Shown in pieces: positions 1-8,633 of a stretch of 64,000 nt of DNA (position 1 is its first letter; each line of letters opens with the position of its first letter). The notes beneath the pieces were generated by a model. It had not been told where the DNA came from. It worked only from the letters and a program-made list of their open reading frames with translations, and did not search any database. Position numbers and translations under genes: made by a program. Source of the DNA: Hyphomicrobiales bacterium (GTDB lineage: Bacteria; Pseudomonadota; Alphaproteobacteria; Rhizobiales; JAJFHC01); the NCBI GenBank assembly GCA_965198845.1, contig CBDAQD010000001.1, positions 742,742 through 806,741 of the forward strand, in the 5' to 3' direction.

Positions 1-1299
1 CGGGCAAAGCTGCTGCACGATATTGCGACCCGTATCGAGGACACGAGCTTTCACGACGTCGCCCGCCTGATGACGCTGGAAATGGGCAAGCCCTATCCGG
101 AGGCCGTGGGCGAGTTGCACAACGTCGCGCCTGCGTTTCGCTATTTCGCGGAGATGGCGCGGGACGAGGCAGGCAAGATCGCCGGCACGACCCAGAAGGG
201 ATCGTTCCAGTTTGCCCGCTATGAGCCTTACGGTGTGTCGGTCCACATCATGCCGTTCAATTTCCCGATCCTGCTCATGGTCTGGACGGTGGCCGCGTCG
301 CTTGCCGCCGGCAATGCCTGCATCGTCAAGCCGGCAGAGGACACGAGCCTTTCGACGCTCAAGTTCATGGAACACTTCGCGGCCGTGCTTCCGCCGGGTC
401 TGGTCTCCTGCGTTACCGGTGGCGTGGAGACCGCGCAGGCGCTCATCCGGTCGTCCAATACGCATGTGGTGGCGTTCACAGGTGGCGTGACCGCGGCGAA
501 AGCCGTCAACGTTGCCTGCGCCAAGCAGCTCAAGCCCTGCATCATCGAGGCGGGCGGCAATGATCCGATGATCATTTCGCAACACGCGCCGATGGATGCG
601 GCGGTGGCCGGGTCCGTTACCGCGGCTTTCCATCTCTCGGGCCAGATCTGCACGTCCTCGGAGCGGTTCTTTGTGCACGAGGCGGTTCACGACGAATTTG
701 TCGGACGGTTCGCGGAGATGACCCGGGACCTGCGCATCGGCAACGGCATGGATGTTGCCGAGATCGGGCCGGTGGTTTCCGAGGCGGCGCGGGCCCGCGT
801 GATCCGGCTTGTGGACGGGGCCGTGGCCGAGGGGGCGAAGATCGTCTGCGGCGGCCGGGTGCCGTCTGCTTTCAACACCGGCTGGTTCTACGAGCCGACG
901 ATCCTCACTGGAGTGACGCCGGACATGGAGATCATGCGCGGGGAAGTGTTCGGGCCGGTCGCCTCCGTCTGCAGGGTCAGTTCATTCGATGAGGCTGTCG
1001 AGCTTGCCAACGCCTCCGAATTCGGGCTTGGCGCATCGGTGTTCACGACCGATCTAAAGGAAGCCATGCAGGCGGCAGAGACGCTGCAGTCGGGCATGGT
1101 CTGGGTCAACAACCCGCTGATCGACAATGACGCCCTGCCGTTCGGCGGCTGGAAGAATTCGGGTCTCGGGCGGGAACTCGGCCGCCAGGGGCTCGACGCC
1201 TTCAGGCAGTCCAAGATGGTGATCATCGACCATGATCCTGTCATATCGGACTGGTGGTATCCTTATGACGATGATGCATTCAAAAAGCCGTCGGACTGA
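1..1299 (+). CDS. Aldehyde dehydrogenase family protein (5' end lies outside the window)
   Basis: Frame 1 is open from nt 1, upstream of the first Met at 70. ALDH motifs: PCIIEAGGNDP (Glu motif), GQICTSSERFFV (catalytic Cys), PFGGWKNSGLGRE near the C-terminus. Confidence 0.9.
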   Translation, partial: RAKLLHDIATRIEDTSFHDVARLMTLEMGKPYPEAVGELHNVAPAFRYFAEMARDEAGKIAGTTQKGSFQFARYEPYGVSVHIMPFNFPILLMVWTVAASLAAGNACIVKPAEDTSLSTLKFMEHFAAVLPPGLVSCVTGGVETAQALIRSSNTHVVAFTGGVTAAKAVNVACAKQLKPCIIEAGGNDPMIISQHAPMDAAVAGSVTAAFHLSGQICTSSERFFVHEAVHDEFVGRFAEMTRDLRIGNGMDVAEIGPVVSEAARARVIRLVDGAVAEGAKIVCGGRVPSAFNTGWFYEPTILTGVTPDMEIMRGEVFGPVASVCRVSSFDEAVELANASEFGLGASVFTTDLKEAMQAAETLQSGMVWVNNPLIDNDALPFGGWKNSGLGRELGRQGLDAFRQSKMVIIDHDPVISDWWYPYDDDAFKKPSD

Positions 1300-1332
1300 G
1301 TGCGAGTGGTAGACAGGGGCGCGATTTCAGAT

Positions 1333-1369
1333 TGACATCATCGATGTCATTATGACATCTATGATGTCA
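1333..1369. promoter_or_regulatory. Two tandem 17-bp perfect palindromes (TGACATC-N3-GATGTCA); candidate MarR operator
   Basis: Identical palindromes at 1333-1349 and 1353-1369, 20 bp centre to centre. They end 2 nt before the marR-family ATG at 1372. Confidence 0.6.
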
Positions 1370-1371
1370 CT

Positions 1372-1854
1372 ATGCGCAGCGATACCGATTCACTCTACGA
1401 CCTCATCCGGCTTGTGCGCCCCCTCTACAAGGTGCTGGAGACGGCAGTGGCGCTGGAACTGGAGTCGACCGGCGTCGGGGTCCTGCAGCGGGCCATTCTC
1501 GAACAATTGCTGGACAACGGCGCCCTAACCGTGCCGGCGATCGGACGCAACCTGATCCTGCCGCGCCAGTTCATCCAGAAGAATGCCAACGAACTGCTCG
1601 GGGCGGAGCTCGTTTCCAAGCAGGAGAACGCGGCGCACAAGCGCTCGGTGCTGTTTGCCCTTACGCCGCGGGGCCGGGAACTGATCGAGCGGATCAGGGC
1701 ACGCGAGGCGGAGGTGATGGCGCCGATTGCGGACGTGCTCGACGGGCGGGACGTGACAGCGGCCAAGGCGGTTATGAGCGAAATGATCCGGGGCTTCGGG
1801 GAACACAACAGGCGGCGTGAGCGTGCCGGACGGAACCAAGGAGAAACACCATGA
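1372..1854 (+). CDS. MarR family transcriptional regulator
   Basis: 160 aa. Winged-HTH pattern (LQRAILEQLLDNGALTVPAIGRNLILPRQFIQKNANELLGAELV...RSVLFALTPRGREL) typical of MarR. Confidence 0.85.
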   Translation: MRSDTDSLYDLIRLVRPLYKVLETAVALELESTGVGVLQRAILEQLLDNGALTVPAIGRNLILPRQFIQKNANELLGAELVSKQENAAHKRSVLFALTPRGRELIERIRAREAEVMAPIADVLDGRDVTAAKAVMSEMIRGFGEHNRRRERAGRNQGETP

Positions 1855-2264
1855 GTATTCGCGAGGGCGGTTGCCTGTGCGGTGCCGTTCGTTTCAAGGC
1901 GGAAGGCGATCCGATCGCGTCGGGGACCTGCTATTGCCGGCATTGCCAGTATGTTTCCGGCGGCGGTGCGGCCTATGCGATGTTATTTCCAAAGGAAGCC
2001 GTCACCGTGGTCGCCGGCGAGGTGAGCCAGTTCACCGAAACGGTGGAGAGCGGCGCAGAGGTCTTTCGCCAGTTCTGTCCTGCCTGCGGGGTTCATCTGT
2101 TTTCCTACAACAGCGGGATGACCGAGTTCAGGGCGATCAAGGCGGGTGTGTTCGACGATCCGGCGGAGTTCAGCTCGCAGATCAGCATATGGACGTCCTC
2201 GGCGCAGCCTTGGCACGAAATTCCGTCAGACGTTCCGGCATGGGAAAAGAATCCGGAAATGTAA
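1851..2264 (+). CDS. GFA (glutathione-dependent formaldehyde-activating / CENP-V-like) family protein
   Basis: 137 aa with Zn-Cys motifs CLCGAVRF, CYCRHC and CPACG. The start overlaps the marR stop (ATGA). Confidence 0.8.
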   Translation: MSIREGGCLCGAVRFKAEGDPIASGTCYCRHCQYVSGGGAAYAMLFPKEAVTVVAGEVSQFTETVESGAEVFRQFCPACGVHLFSYNSGMTEFRAIKAGVFDDPAEFSSQISIWTSSAQPWHEIPSDVPAWEKNPEM

Positions 2265-2303
2265 GGCGGCATTGATAGTCTGCGACCAGCCGAGCGGCCA
2301 GAA

Positions 2304-2317
2304 TTGATATAAATCAA
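2304..2317. promoter_or_regulatory. Perfect FNR/FixK anaerobox TTGAT-ATAA-ATCAA with no obvious target gene
   Basis: Exact match to TTGAT-N4-ATCAA in the convergent GFA/hemN intergenic region. Confidence 0.6.
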
Positions 2318-2553
2318 GGATCGGCCGATTGGGCATGGATACAAGGGGGTAATGCGCACAGCGTCCTCGACCGAGGGCCTTACGCATGGACCCGGTCAGG
2401 TGCAATGCCCTGTCAATCGCGCGGATGCCGCCGGCCCAGTTGCCACCCGCAAGTCGGCCCTCCCGGTCGGAGGCATCCGTCGGGTTCCCGCCCGCGGCGG
2501 CGGTTACATTTTCCAGCAAATCATTCTGAATTTGAGCGAGGCGTCTTGCGCGT

Positions 2554-3903
2554 TCAGACCGCGAGCGAATGGCGCGCGGCGTTGGCTCCGAAGTAGCTGT
2601 CGAACCACGAGCACACCGTGCGGGCGAAGGTCCGGCCCCGGGGCGTGATTTCGAAAACGCCGGGACGCATCCGGACGAGGTCGTCGGCGTCTGCTTTCGC
2701 AAGCTGCTGCGCCTCGTTCTGAATCCGGTCGGCCTGGTTGCCGAATTTTTCCCGCAGATCGTCGAACTGGAGCGCAAAGTCACACATCAGGCGTTCGATC
2801 ACGTAGGCCCGGAGCCGGTCGTCATCGGAAAGCGTGATGCCCTTCACGGCGGCGAGGCCGTGTTCTCCGACCAGCCGCCGGTAGGTCGGCATATCGGGTG
2901 CGTTCTGCACATAACCCTGCTGGAGGCTTCCGATCGATGAGACGCCGAGCCCGATCAGCGTGTTGGCATCATCGACGGTGTAACCCTGGAAGTTCCGCTT
3001 CATCGTTCCGCTTCGCGATGCCATGGCCAGCGGGTCGTTGGGCAGTGCGAAGTGATCGATACCGATTGCCTGATAGCCGGCGTCGACCAGCCTCTGTGCC
3101 GCGCGCACCGACTGAACGTACCGCTCGGTCGGTGTCGGCAGTGCGTCGGCGTCGATCATTGTCTGATGACGCTTCATCCAGGGAACGTGGGCATAACCAA
3201 AGAGCGCTATGCGGTCCGGTTCGAGGTCCAGCACCTTGTCGACGGTCTGCTCGATGGCGCGCACGGACTGAAAGGGAAGCCCGTACATGATGTCGATGTT
3301 GATCGATTGCACGCCGCGGTTTCGCAGGCCCTCGATCACGGACGCCGTCGTTTCGAATGTCTGGACGCGATTTACCGCACGCTGGACCCGGGGATTGAAG
3401 TCCTGGACGCCGATGCTGGCACGGGTCAGGCCGGCGGCGGCGAGGGCGTCGAGCTGGGCCGGTGTGACGCCGCGTGGATCGATCTCCACGCTGAATTCCG
3501 GACTGGCGTCGAATCCGAAGGACTGACGCAGAAGGTCATGCAGGGCCGTGATGCTGTCAGGCTCGAGAATGGTCGGCGAGCCGCCGCCCCAGTGAATGCG
3601 CGCGACATGCGCGTCTTCGGGAAGCGCCTGGCCGACCGACCGGATCTCGGTTTTAAGCGTTTCCAGGTAAGCGGCGACCGGCGCATACCGCCGTGTAATC
3701 TTGGTGGTGCAACCGCAGAACCAGCACAGCGTGTCGCAGAACGGGATGTGGATATAGAGTGACAGAGCATCTGTCCTGGGCGCATCGGCCAGCCAGTTCC
3801 TGTACAGATCCGGCGAAATGCTTTCGCCGAAATGCGGTGCCGTCGGGTAGCTCGTGTAACGCGGAACGGGTGCGGCATATTTGGAAATAAGATCGAGGCT
3901 CAT
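2554..3903 (-). CDS. hemN: Oxygen-independent coproporphyrinogen III oxidase (radical SAM)
   Basis: 449 aa. N-terminus PRYTSYPTAPHF and radical-SAM motif HIPFCDTLCWFCGC. Confidence 0.93.
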   Translation of the reverse strand: MSLDLISKYAAPVPRYTSYPTAPHFGESISPDLYRNWLADAPRTDALSLYIHIPFCDTLCWFCGCTTKITRRYAPVAAYLETLKTEIRSVGQALPEDAHVARIHWGGGSPTILEPDSITALHDLLRQSFGFDASPEFSVEIDPRGVTPAQLDALAAAGLTRASIGVQDFNPRVQRAVNRVQTFETTASVIEGLRNRGVQSINIDIMYGLPFQSVRAIEQTVDKVLDLEPDRIALFGYAHVPWMKRHQTMIDADALPTPTERYVQSVRAAQRLVDAGYQAIGIDHFALPNDPLAMASRSGTMKRNFQGYTVDDANTLIGLGVSSIGSLQQGYVQNAPDMPTYRRLVGEHGLAAVKGITLSDDDRLRAYVIERLMCDFALQFDDLREKFGNQADRIQNEAQQLAKADADDLVRMRPGVFEITPRGRTFARTVCSWFDSYFGANAARHSLAV

Positions 3904-3937
3904 GGCGGGACGCTAGATGGCCGGAAATCAGCGATCC

Positions 3938-3951
3938 TTGATCTGGGTCAA
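3938..3951. promoter_or_regulatory. FNR/FixK-type box TTGAT-CTGG-GTCAA in the hemN-fnrL divergent region
   Basis: TTGA-N6-TCAA palindrome starting 35 bp upstream of the hemN ATG. It is the only such box between hemN and fnrL. Confidence 0.65.
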
Positions 3952-4083
3952 GCGCACGGGAGATGCCGTCAATTTGCCGCAATCGGATCGGCTACCGGCA
4001 GACCGATACCCGGTATAGTGTGCGGGAAACAGGATCATGTTCCACTCCATTGCCACTGTTTGGGGCGCGGTCTGAGAGGGGCC

Positions 4084-4833
4084 ATGTCGGCGAGAAGCGA
4101 ACTTGTCATCGAAATCGGGCGCTGCAATGCGTGCGCCATCCGTCACCAGGCGGTGTGCGGCGCACTCAGTGCGGCGGAGCTTATCGGGCTCAACCGGATT
4201 GCGCGCCGCCGTACCTTCGCGCCCGGCCAGGTCATAGTGTCGGATGAACAGCCGGCCGAGTTTTTCGCCAATGTGGTGTCAGGCGTAATCAAGCTCACGA
4301 AGACGCTGTCCGACGGACGCCAGCAAATCGTGGGCCTGCTGTTTCCGCCCGATTTTCTCGGGCGTGCCTACAGCAGCAACAATCCCTATTTCGCCGAAGC
4401 AGCCAGCAAGGTGGAGATTTGCAGTTTTCCGCGCGACGGTTTCGAGCGGTTGCTGAAAGAGTTTCCCGGCATGGAGCACCGGCTGTTCGAAAAGACGCTT
4501 GATGAGCTGGATGCGGCGCGTGATTGGATGGTCCTTCTCGGCCGCAAGACGGCCCGCGAAAAGGTTGCGAGTTTTCTCCTGTTGCTGGCACGCCGGTCAC
4601 CGGTTGTCGGCTGCAGTCATATTGCTGCGCCGCCGGATCCCAGTTTTGAACTGCCGCTCACGAGAGCTGATATTGCCGATTTTCTCGGGCTGACGATCGA
4701 AACCGTGAGCCGTCAGATTACCCGCCTCAAGACGGCGGGAGTTGTCAGAATGGTCGAGAACCGCGTGTTCGTCGTGCCGGATACCGACGCGCTCGCAGCG
4801 ATTGCCGGACAGGACCTTCAGCCGTCCCATTGA
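4084..4833 (+). CDS. fnrL: Crp/Fnr family oxygen-responsive regulator (FnrL/FnrN type)
   Basis: N-terminal Cys cluster CNACAIRHQAVC, a cNMP-binding-like core and C-terminal HTH ADFLGLTIETVSRQITRLK. Start chosen at the ATG preceded by GAGAGGGG; the tracked ORF extends to 3832 but overlaps hemN. Confidence 0.88.
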   Translation: MSARSELVIEIGRCNACAIRHQAVCGALSAAELIGLNRIARRRTFAPGQVIVSDEQPAEFFANVVSGVIKLTKTLSDGRQQIVGLLFPPDFLGRAYSSNNPYFAEAASKVEICSFPRDGFERLLKEFPGMEHRLFEKTLDELDAARDWMVLLGRKTAREKVASFLLLLARRSPVVGCSHIAAPPDPSFELPLTRADIADFLGLTIETVSRQITRLKTAGVVRMVENRVFVVPDTDALAAIAGQDLQPSH

Positions 4834-4843
4834 CACAGGTCAA
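4830..4843. promoter_or_regulatory. FNR/FixK-type box TTGAC-ACAG-GTCAA overlapping the fnrL stop codon
   Basis: TTGA-N6-TCAA palindrome about 70 bp upstream of the USP gene start. Confidence 0.55.
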
Positions 4844-4908
4844 AGCACCGCCGTTGTCCGTTATGCACCGTATGCCGGAATGAAAATGCCGAGCATGACG
4901 AGGTGCGT

Positions 4909-5750
4909 ATGGCCTACAAGACGATTGTCACCTATTTCACCAGCCCTGCGCGCGCCGACGCGCTGATCGAAAGCGCGACCGCCGTTGCACAAAGGTTCGA
5001 CGCCCATGTGATCGGGCTTTATGTGCTGCCAGCGGTCGAAGTCTATGTCGCGGCGGAGGTTCCAATAACCGCTGACATTGCCGATGTGAAGCGGCGGCAC
5101 TACAACGAAGAAGCCGAACAGATACAGGCGTCGTTCGAAAAGGCTTTCAACGCGGCAGGAATCTCCTCGGAATGGCGGGTTGCCGATGCCACGGGATCCA
5201 CGGTGCCGGAAACGATCATGGCGCACACGCGCTGCGCTGACCTGACGATCGCAAGCCAGGACCAGGGGCTCGAGGAATACGGCAGCCGGCACAAGGTCGC
5301 CGAAGAGATCATGTTTGCAAGCGGCCGACCGGTTCTTTTCATCCCGACCGCAGGGGCCTATCCCAACATCGGTGACCACGTGACCGTTGCCTGGGACGGG
5401 AGCAGGGAGTCGGCGCGCGCCAGTTTCGATTCACTGCCCTTCCTCAAGAAGCGAAGGACGTCAGAATTCTGTGTGTCAATCCGGATGAGACGGCCATGAA
5501 CGACGCAAATCTGCCCGGCAGCGAGCTGGCGACCGCGCTCTCGCGGCACGACGTCAAGTGTGAGGCTGGTTACACGCAGACGGATGACATCTCTGTAGCC
5601 GATGAGCTGCTCTCCAGGATCTCCGATCAGGGCAGCGACCTTCTCGTCCTGGGCGGTTTCGGCCATTCGCGCGTCCGTGAACTCGTTTTCGGCGGGGTCA
5701 CGCGGCATATTCTCGGACACATGACGTCTCCGGTTCTCATGGTGCACTGA
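4909..5750 (+). pseudogene. Tandem universal stress protein (UspA-family, two USP domains) interrupted by a 1-nt frameshift
   Basis: ORF 4903-5499 (frame 1) and ORF 5496-5750 (frame 3) together form one tandem-USP protein. Frame 3 read upstream of 5496 gives AKDVRILCVNPDETAMNDANLPG, which joins onto ...DSLPFLKK of frame 1 if one nt is restored near 5449-5452. C-terminal USP motif LLVLGGFGHSRVRELVFGGVTRHIL. Confidence 0.7.
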
Positions 5751-5767
5751 ATTCGGAGTGGTCTGGC

Positions 5768-6142
5768 ATGGCGATTAAGAAGATCAGGCTGGAGCTGGCC
5801 CGCGATCATGATTTCCCGAGCGGCAGTCCGTTGCATGGGTACGAATTCACCGCCCCCGTGGATTCCAACGGACACATCGTCGCGGACGAATGGCGGACAA
5901 ACCGGAACAAGTGCCGCGTCAAGCGGTTCTGGGGCAGAGAACCTGAAGAACTGGGCCATGTCGTCAGGAAGCCGGGCGGAGCCTGGGCGTTTCATTACGA
6001 TATCAATGGCGACGAGGATGATGACGAGACGGGCTACAGGTTCGCCAGTCACAAATTCGAGCCGGGGGAGTATGTTTCCATCATGGAGCACGATGATGTG
6101 CTCAGGACTTTCCGGGTCGTCTCCGTAACCGATCTCGGTTAG
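5768..6142 (+). CDS. Hypothetical protein (124 aa, acidic central stretch)
   Basis: Clean ORF 17 nt after the USP stop with coding-like codon usage. No family recognised. Confidence 0.6.
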   Translation: MAIKKIRLELARDHDFPSGSPLHGYEFTAPVDSNGHIVADEWRTNRNKCRVKRFWGREPEELGHVVRKPGGAWAFHYDINGDEDDDETGYRFASHKFEPGEYVSIMEHDDVLRTFRVVSVTDLG

Positions 6143-6155
6143 GAAAACCGGGTGC

Positions 6156-6761
6156 TCAGCGACCCGGCTTGTCGGGATTGCAGGCACCGCAATCGCCGTT
6201 GCAGTCCTTGGATTCGGCCTCCCGGTTGCCTGATAGCCTGCGCTCGATCATCCGGTCGGCCAGTTGCTTCATGTCTTCATGCGAAAGCCGTCTTCGGGCA
6301 AGCGGCAGTATCACGCTTTGTTCCCAGACGAGATGACGCCGGTAACCCTCGAAGAACCCCCGGAGCATGTATCCGACCATATTTGGATTGTCGGGGCGGC
6401 CGCCAGCGGCCATGAGCTCGAGATGGTCGATGAGCTCTGTTGCGAAACTCTCGTCAGCGGCGTGCTCCAAATTGAGTTGCTGGAGGATGTCAGCAATTCC
6501 ATCTTCCGGTAGAGCGCGCGAGGCGAGCATCGGAAAGAGAACATCCTCCTCGTCGCGATGATGCACCGGCACGTCGAATCGCAGCGTCTTGATAATCGAT
6601 GCGCACAAGTTCGGATCTATTTCATCCGGCAGGCCGTCGGCGACCGTCTCCAGTTCGTCACAGAGCCGATGATGGTCCGCATGTTCGTTGTCGAGGACAT
6701 CGATCGGATCCCACCGAAGCGCGTTGTCCGACGCTGAAAGCTTACCGGTTGCTTGAGCCAT
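6156..6761 (-). CDS. Hemerythrin-like (HHE cation-binding) domain protein with a C-terminal Cys motif
   Basis: His/Glu-rich motifs NEHADHHRLCD, HHRDEEDVLFP and HLVWEQSVILP. The tail contains DCNGDCGACNPD. Start taken at the ATG at 6761; the longer tracked ORF (to 7118) would overlap ccoN. Confidence 0.7.
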   Translation of the reverse strand: MAQATGKLSASDNALRWDPIDVLDNEHADHHRLCDELETVADGLPDEIDPNLCASIIKTLRFDVPVHHRDEEDVLFPMLASRALPEDGIADILQQLNLEHAADESFATELIDHLELMAAGGRPDNPNMVGYMLRGFFEGYRRHLVWEQSVILPLARRRLSHEDMKQLADRMIERRLSGNREAESKDCNGDCGACNPDKPGR

Positions 6762-6882
6762 TTCGATCCCCAGATTCCTCACCTCAAGTGAAATATTCGC
6801 TTCTTTGAATGCGCGAATTGACGCGCGGCGTTTAGCGATTTGATTGTGGATATCAATCCTGTTCCAATCGACTACGGCGTCG

Positions 6883-6896
6883 TTGATCCAGATCAA
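6883..6896. promoter_or_regulatory. Perfect FNR/FixK anaerobox TTGAT-CCAG-ATCAA between the hemerythrin-like gene and ccoN
   Basis: Exact consensus. The box starts 122 bp upstream of the hemerythrin ATG (6761) and ends 116 bp upstream of the ccoN ATG (7012). Confidence 0.75.
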
Positions 6897-7011
6897 TGTC
6901 GGTGTAATGGGCTGGTGCAAATGTCCCGACGAATTTGGGATCATGTACTTGCGGGATCCGTCCGCCATCCAGGCGGGCGGACGGCGCGCTCTGAAATAGA
7001 GGGGAAGGCTG

Positions 7012-8616
7012 ATGGCTGTAGCTGCCCAGATTGTGATTCTTGGCATAGTGTGCCTGTTGGCACTTTTGCTTGCAGGGAGATCGAACGATCCGCTGCTGGT
7101 CGCACATGCGTGGATCATCTTCGCGATGGCCGGCGGGGCGCTGGTTTACATCGCCCGGACGTTCAAGTTCGGTGTGACACCACCGGAAGACGACGGGAAA
7201 TATCTCGACGGTGTTGTGAAAGCCGGCGCGATTGCCACAGTTTTCTGGGGTGTCGTGGGCTTTCTCGTCGGCGTTGTCATCGCTCTCCAACTCGCCTTTC
7301 CGGTTCTTAATCTGGATCTGCCGTGGACCAGTTTCGGACGCCTGAGGCCGGTCCACACGTCGGCGGTCGTCTTCGCGTTCGGCGGTAACGCGCTCATCGC
7401 GACCAGTTTTTATGTCGTTCAGCGCACGTGTAGCGCGAGACTGGCGCTCGGCAATGCGGCCTGGTTCGTGTTCTGGGGCTATCAGGCGTTCATCGTTCTG
7501 GCGGCCACCGGCTATGTGCTCGGGGTTACGCAGAGCAAGGAATATGCCGAACCGGAATGGTACGTCGACCTCTGGCTGACGATTGTCTGGGTCGTCTATC
7601 TCATGGTGTTCATGGGCACGCTGTTCAAGCGCAAGGAACCCCACATCTACGTGGCCAACTGGTTCTATCTCTCGTTCATCGTGACCATCGCGATGCTTCA
7701 CATCGTCAACAACCTGTCGATGCCGGTATCGCTGCTGGGCGTGAAGAGCTACTCGCTCTTCGCAGGCGTCCAGGATGCGCTCACCCAGTGGTGGTACGGC
7801 CATAACGCGGTCGGCTTCTTCCTGACCGCGGGCTTCCTGGGCATGATGTATTACTTCGTGCCCAAGCAGGCCGGACGGCCGGTCTACTCATACCGGCTTT
7901 CCATCATCCACTTCTGGTCGCTGATCTTCCTTTATATCTGGGCGGGCCCGCACCACCTCCACTACACGGCATTGCCCGACTGGGCACAGACGCTTGGCAT
8001 GGTGTTCTCGATCATGCTGTGGATGCCGAGCTGGGGTGGCATGATCAACGGTCTGATGACGCTCTCCGGTGCCTGGGACAAGCTCCGCACCGACCCGGTC
8101 ATCCGCCTGATGGTTCTTGCGATCGCGTTCTACGGCATGTCGACCTTCGAGGGTCCGATGATGTCGATCAAGGCGGTCAACTCGCTCAGCCACTACACGG
8201 ACTGGACGATCGGCCATGTGCACTCCGGTGCGCTGGGCTGGGTGGGCATGATCTCGTTCGGCGCGGTCTATTACCTGGTTCCGAAGCTCTGGAACCGTGA
8301 CGGCCTTTACAGCCTGCGGCTCGTCAACTGGCACTTCTGGCTGGCGACGCTCGGCATCGTGATCTACGCGGCCTCGATGTGGGTCTCGGGCATCATGCAG
8401 GGCCTGATGTGGCGGGCTTATGACTCGCTCGGATTCCTCCAGTACAGCTTCGCAGAATCCGTTGCCGCGATGCATCCGTTCTACGTGATCAGAGCGTTCG
8501 GCGGATTCCTCTACCTCCTTGGTGGACTCATCATGGCCTACAACATCTATCGAACCGTGCTCGGGCATAAGCGGGCAGAGACGCCGATGGGTATTCCAAC
8601 AACGGCGCAAGCCTGA
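7012..8616 (+). CDS. ccoN: cbb3-type cytochrome c oxidase subunit I
   Basis: 534 aa polytopic protein with heme-copper His motifs ([20 protein letters not shown]). SD GAGGGGAAGG upstream. Confidence 0.95.
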   Translation: MAVAAQIVILGIVCLLALLLAGRSNDPLLVAHAWIIFAMAGGALVYIARTFKFGVTPPEDDGKYLDGVVKAGAIATVFWGVVGFLVGVVIALQLAFPVLNLDLPWTSFGRLRPVHTSAVVFAFGGNALIATSFYVVQRTCSARLALGNAAWFVFWGYQAFIVLAATGYVLGVTQSKEYAEPEWYVDLWLTIVWVVYLMVFMGTLFKRKEPHIYVANWFYLSFIVTIAMLHIVNNLSMPVSLLGVKSYSLFAGVQDALTQWWYGHNAVGFFLTAGFLGMMYYFVPKQAGRPVYSYRLSIIHFWSLIFLYIWAGPHHLHYTALPDWAQTLGMVFSIMLWMPSWGGMINGLMTLSGAWDKLRTDPVIRLMVLAIAFYGMSTFEGPMMSIKAVNSLSHYTDWTIGHVHSGALGWVGMISFGAVYYLVPKLWNRDGLYSLRLVNWHFWLATLGIVIYAASMWVSGIMQGLMWRAYDSLGFLQYSFAESVAAMHPFYVIRAFGGFLYLLGGLIMAYNIYRTVLGHKRAETPMGIPTTAQA

Positions 8617-8633
8617 GAGCGGGGAGCAGAGCA

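Noticed and set aside
2352-2648. 98-aa ORF with a GGGGG tract just upstream, located after the orphan FNR box
   Set aside because: The product is an R/G/P/A-rich shadow-type sequence. It overlaps the hemN 3' end by 95 nt, and the SD-ATG spacing is only 2-3 nt.
3832-4083. 5' extension of the fnrL ORF (84 extra codons)
   Set aside because: The extension overlaps the hemN start and the shared promoter and FNR box. The ATG at 4084 has a good SD and gives a normal-length Fnr protein.
6840-6856. TTGAT-N7-ATCAA near the ccoN promoter
   Set aside because: The spacer is 7 nt instead of 4, which is incompatible with FNR/FixK dimer geometry. The perfect site at 6883-6896 explains the regulation.
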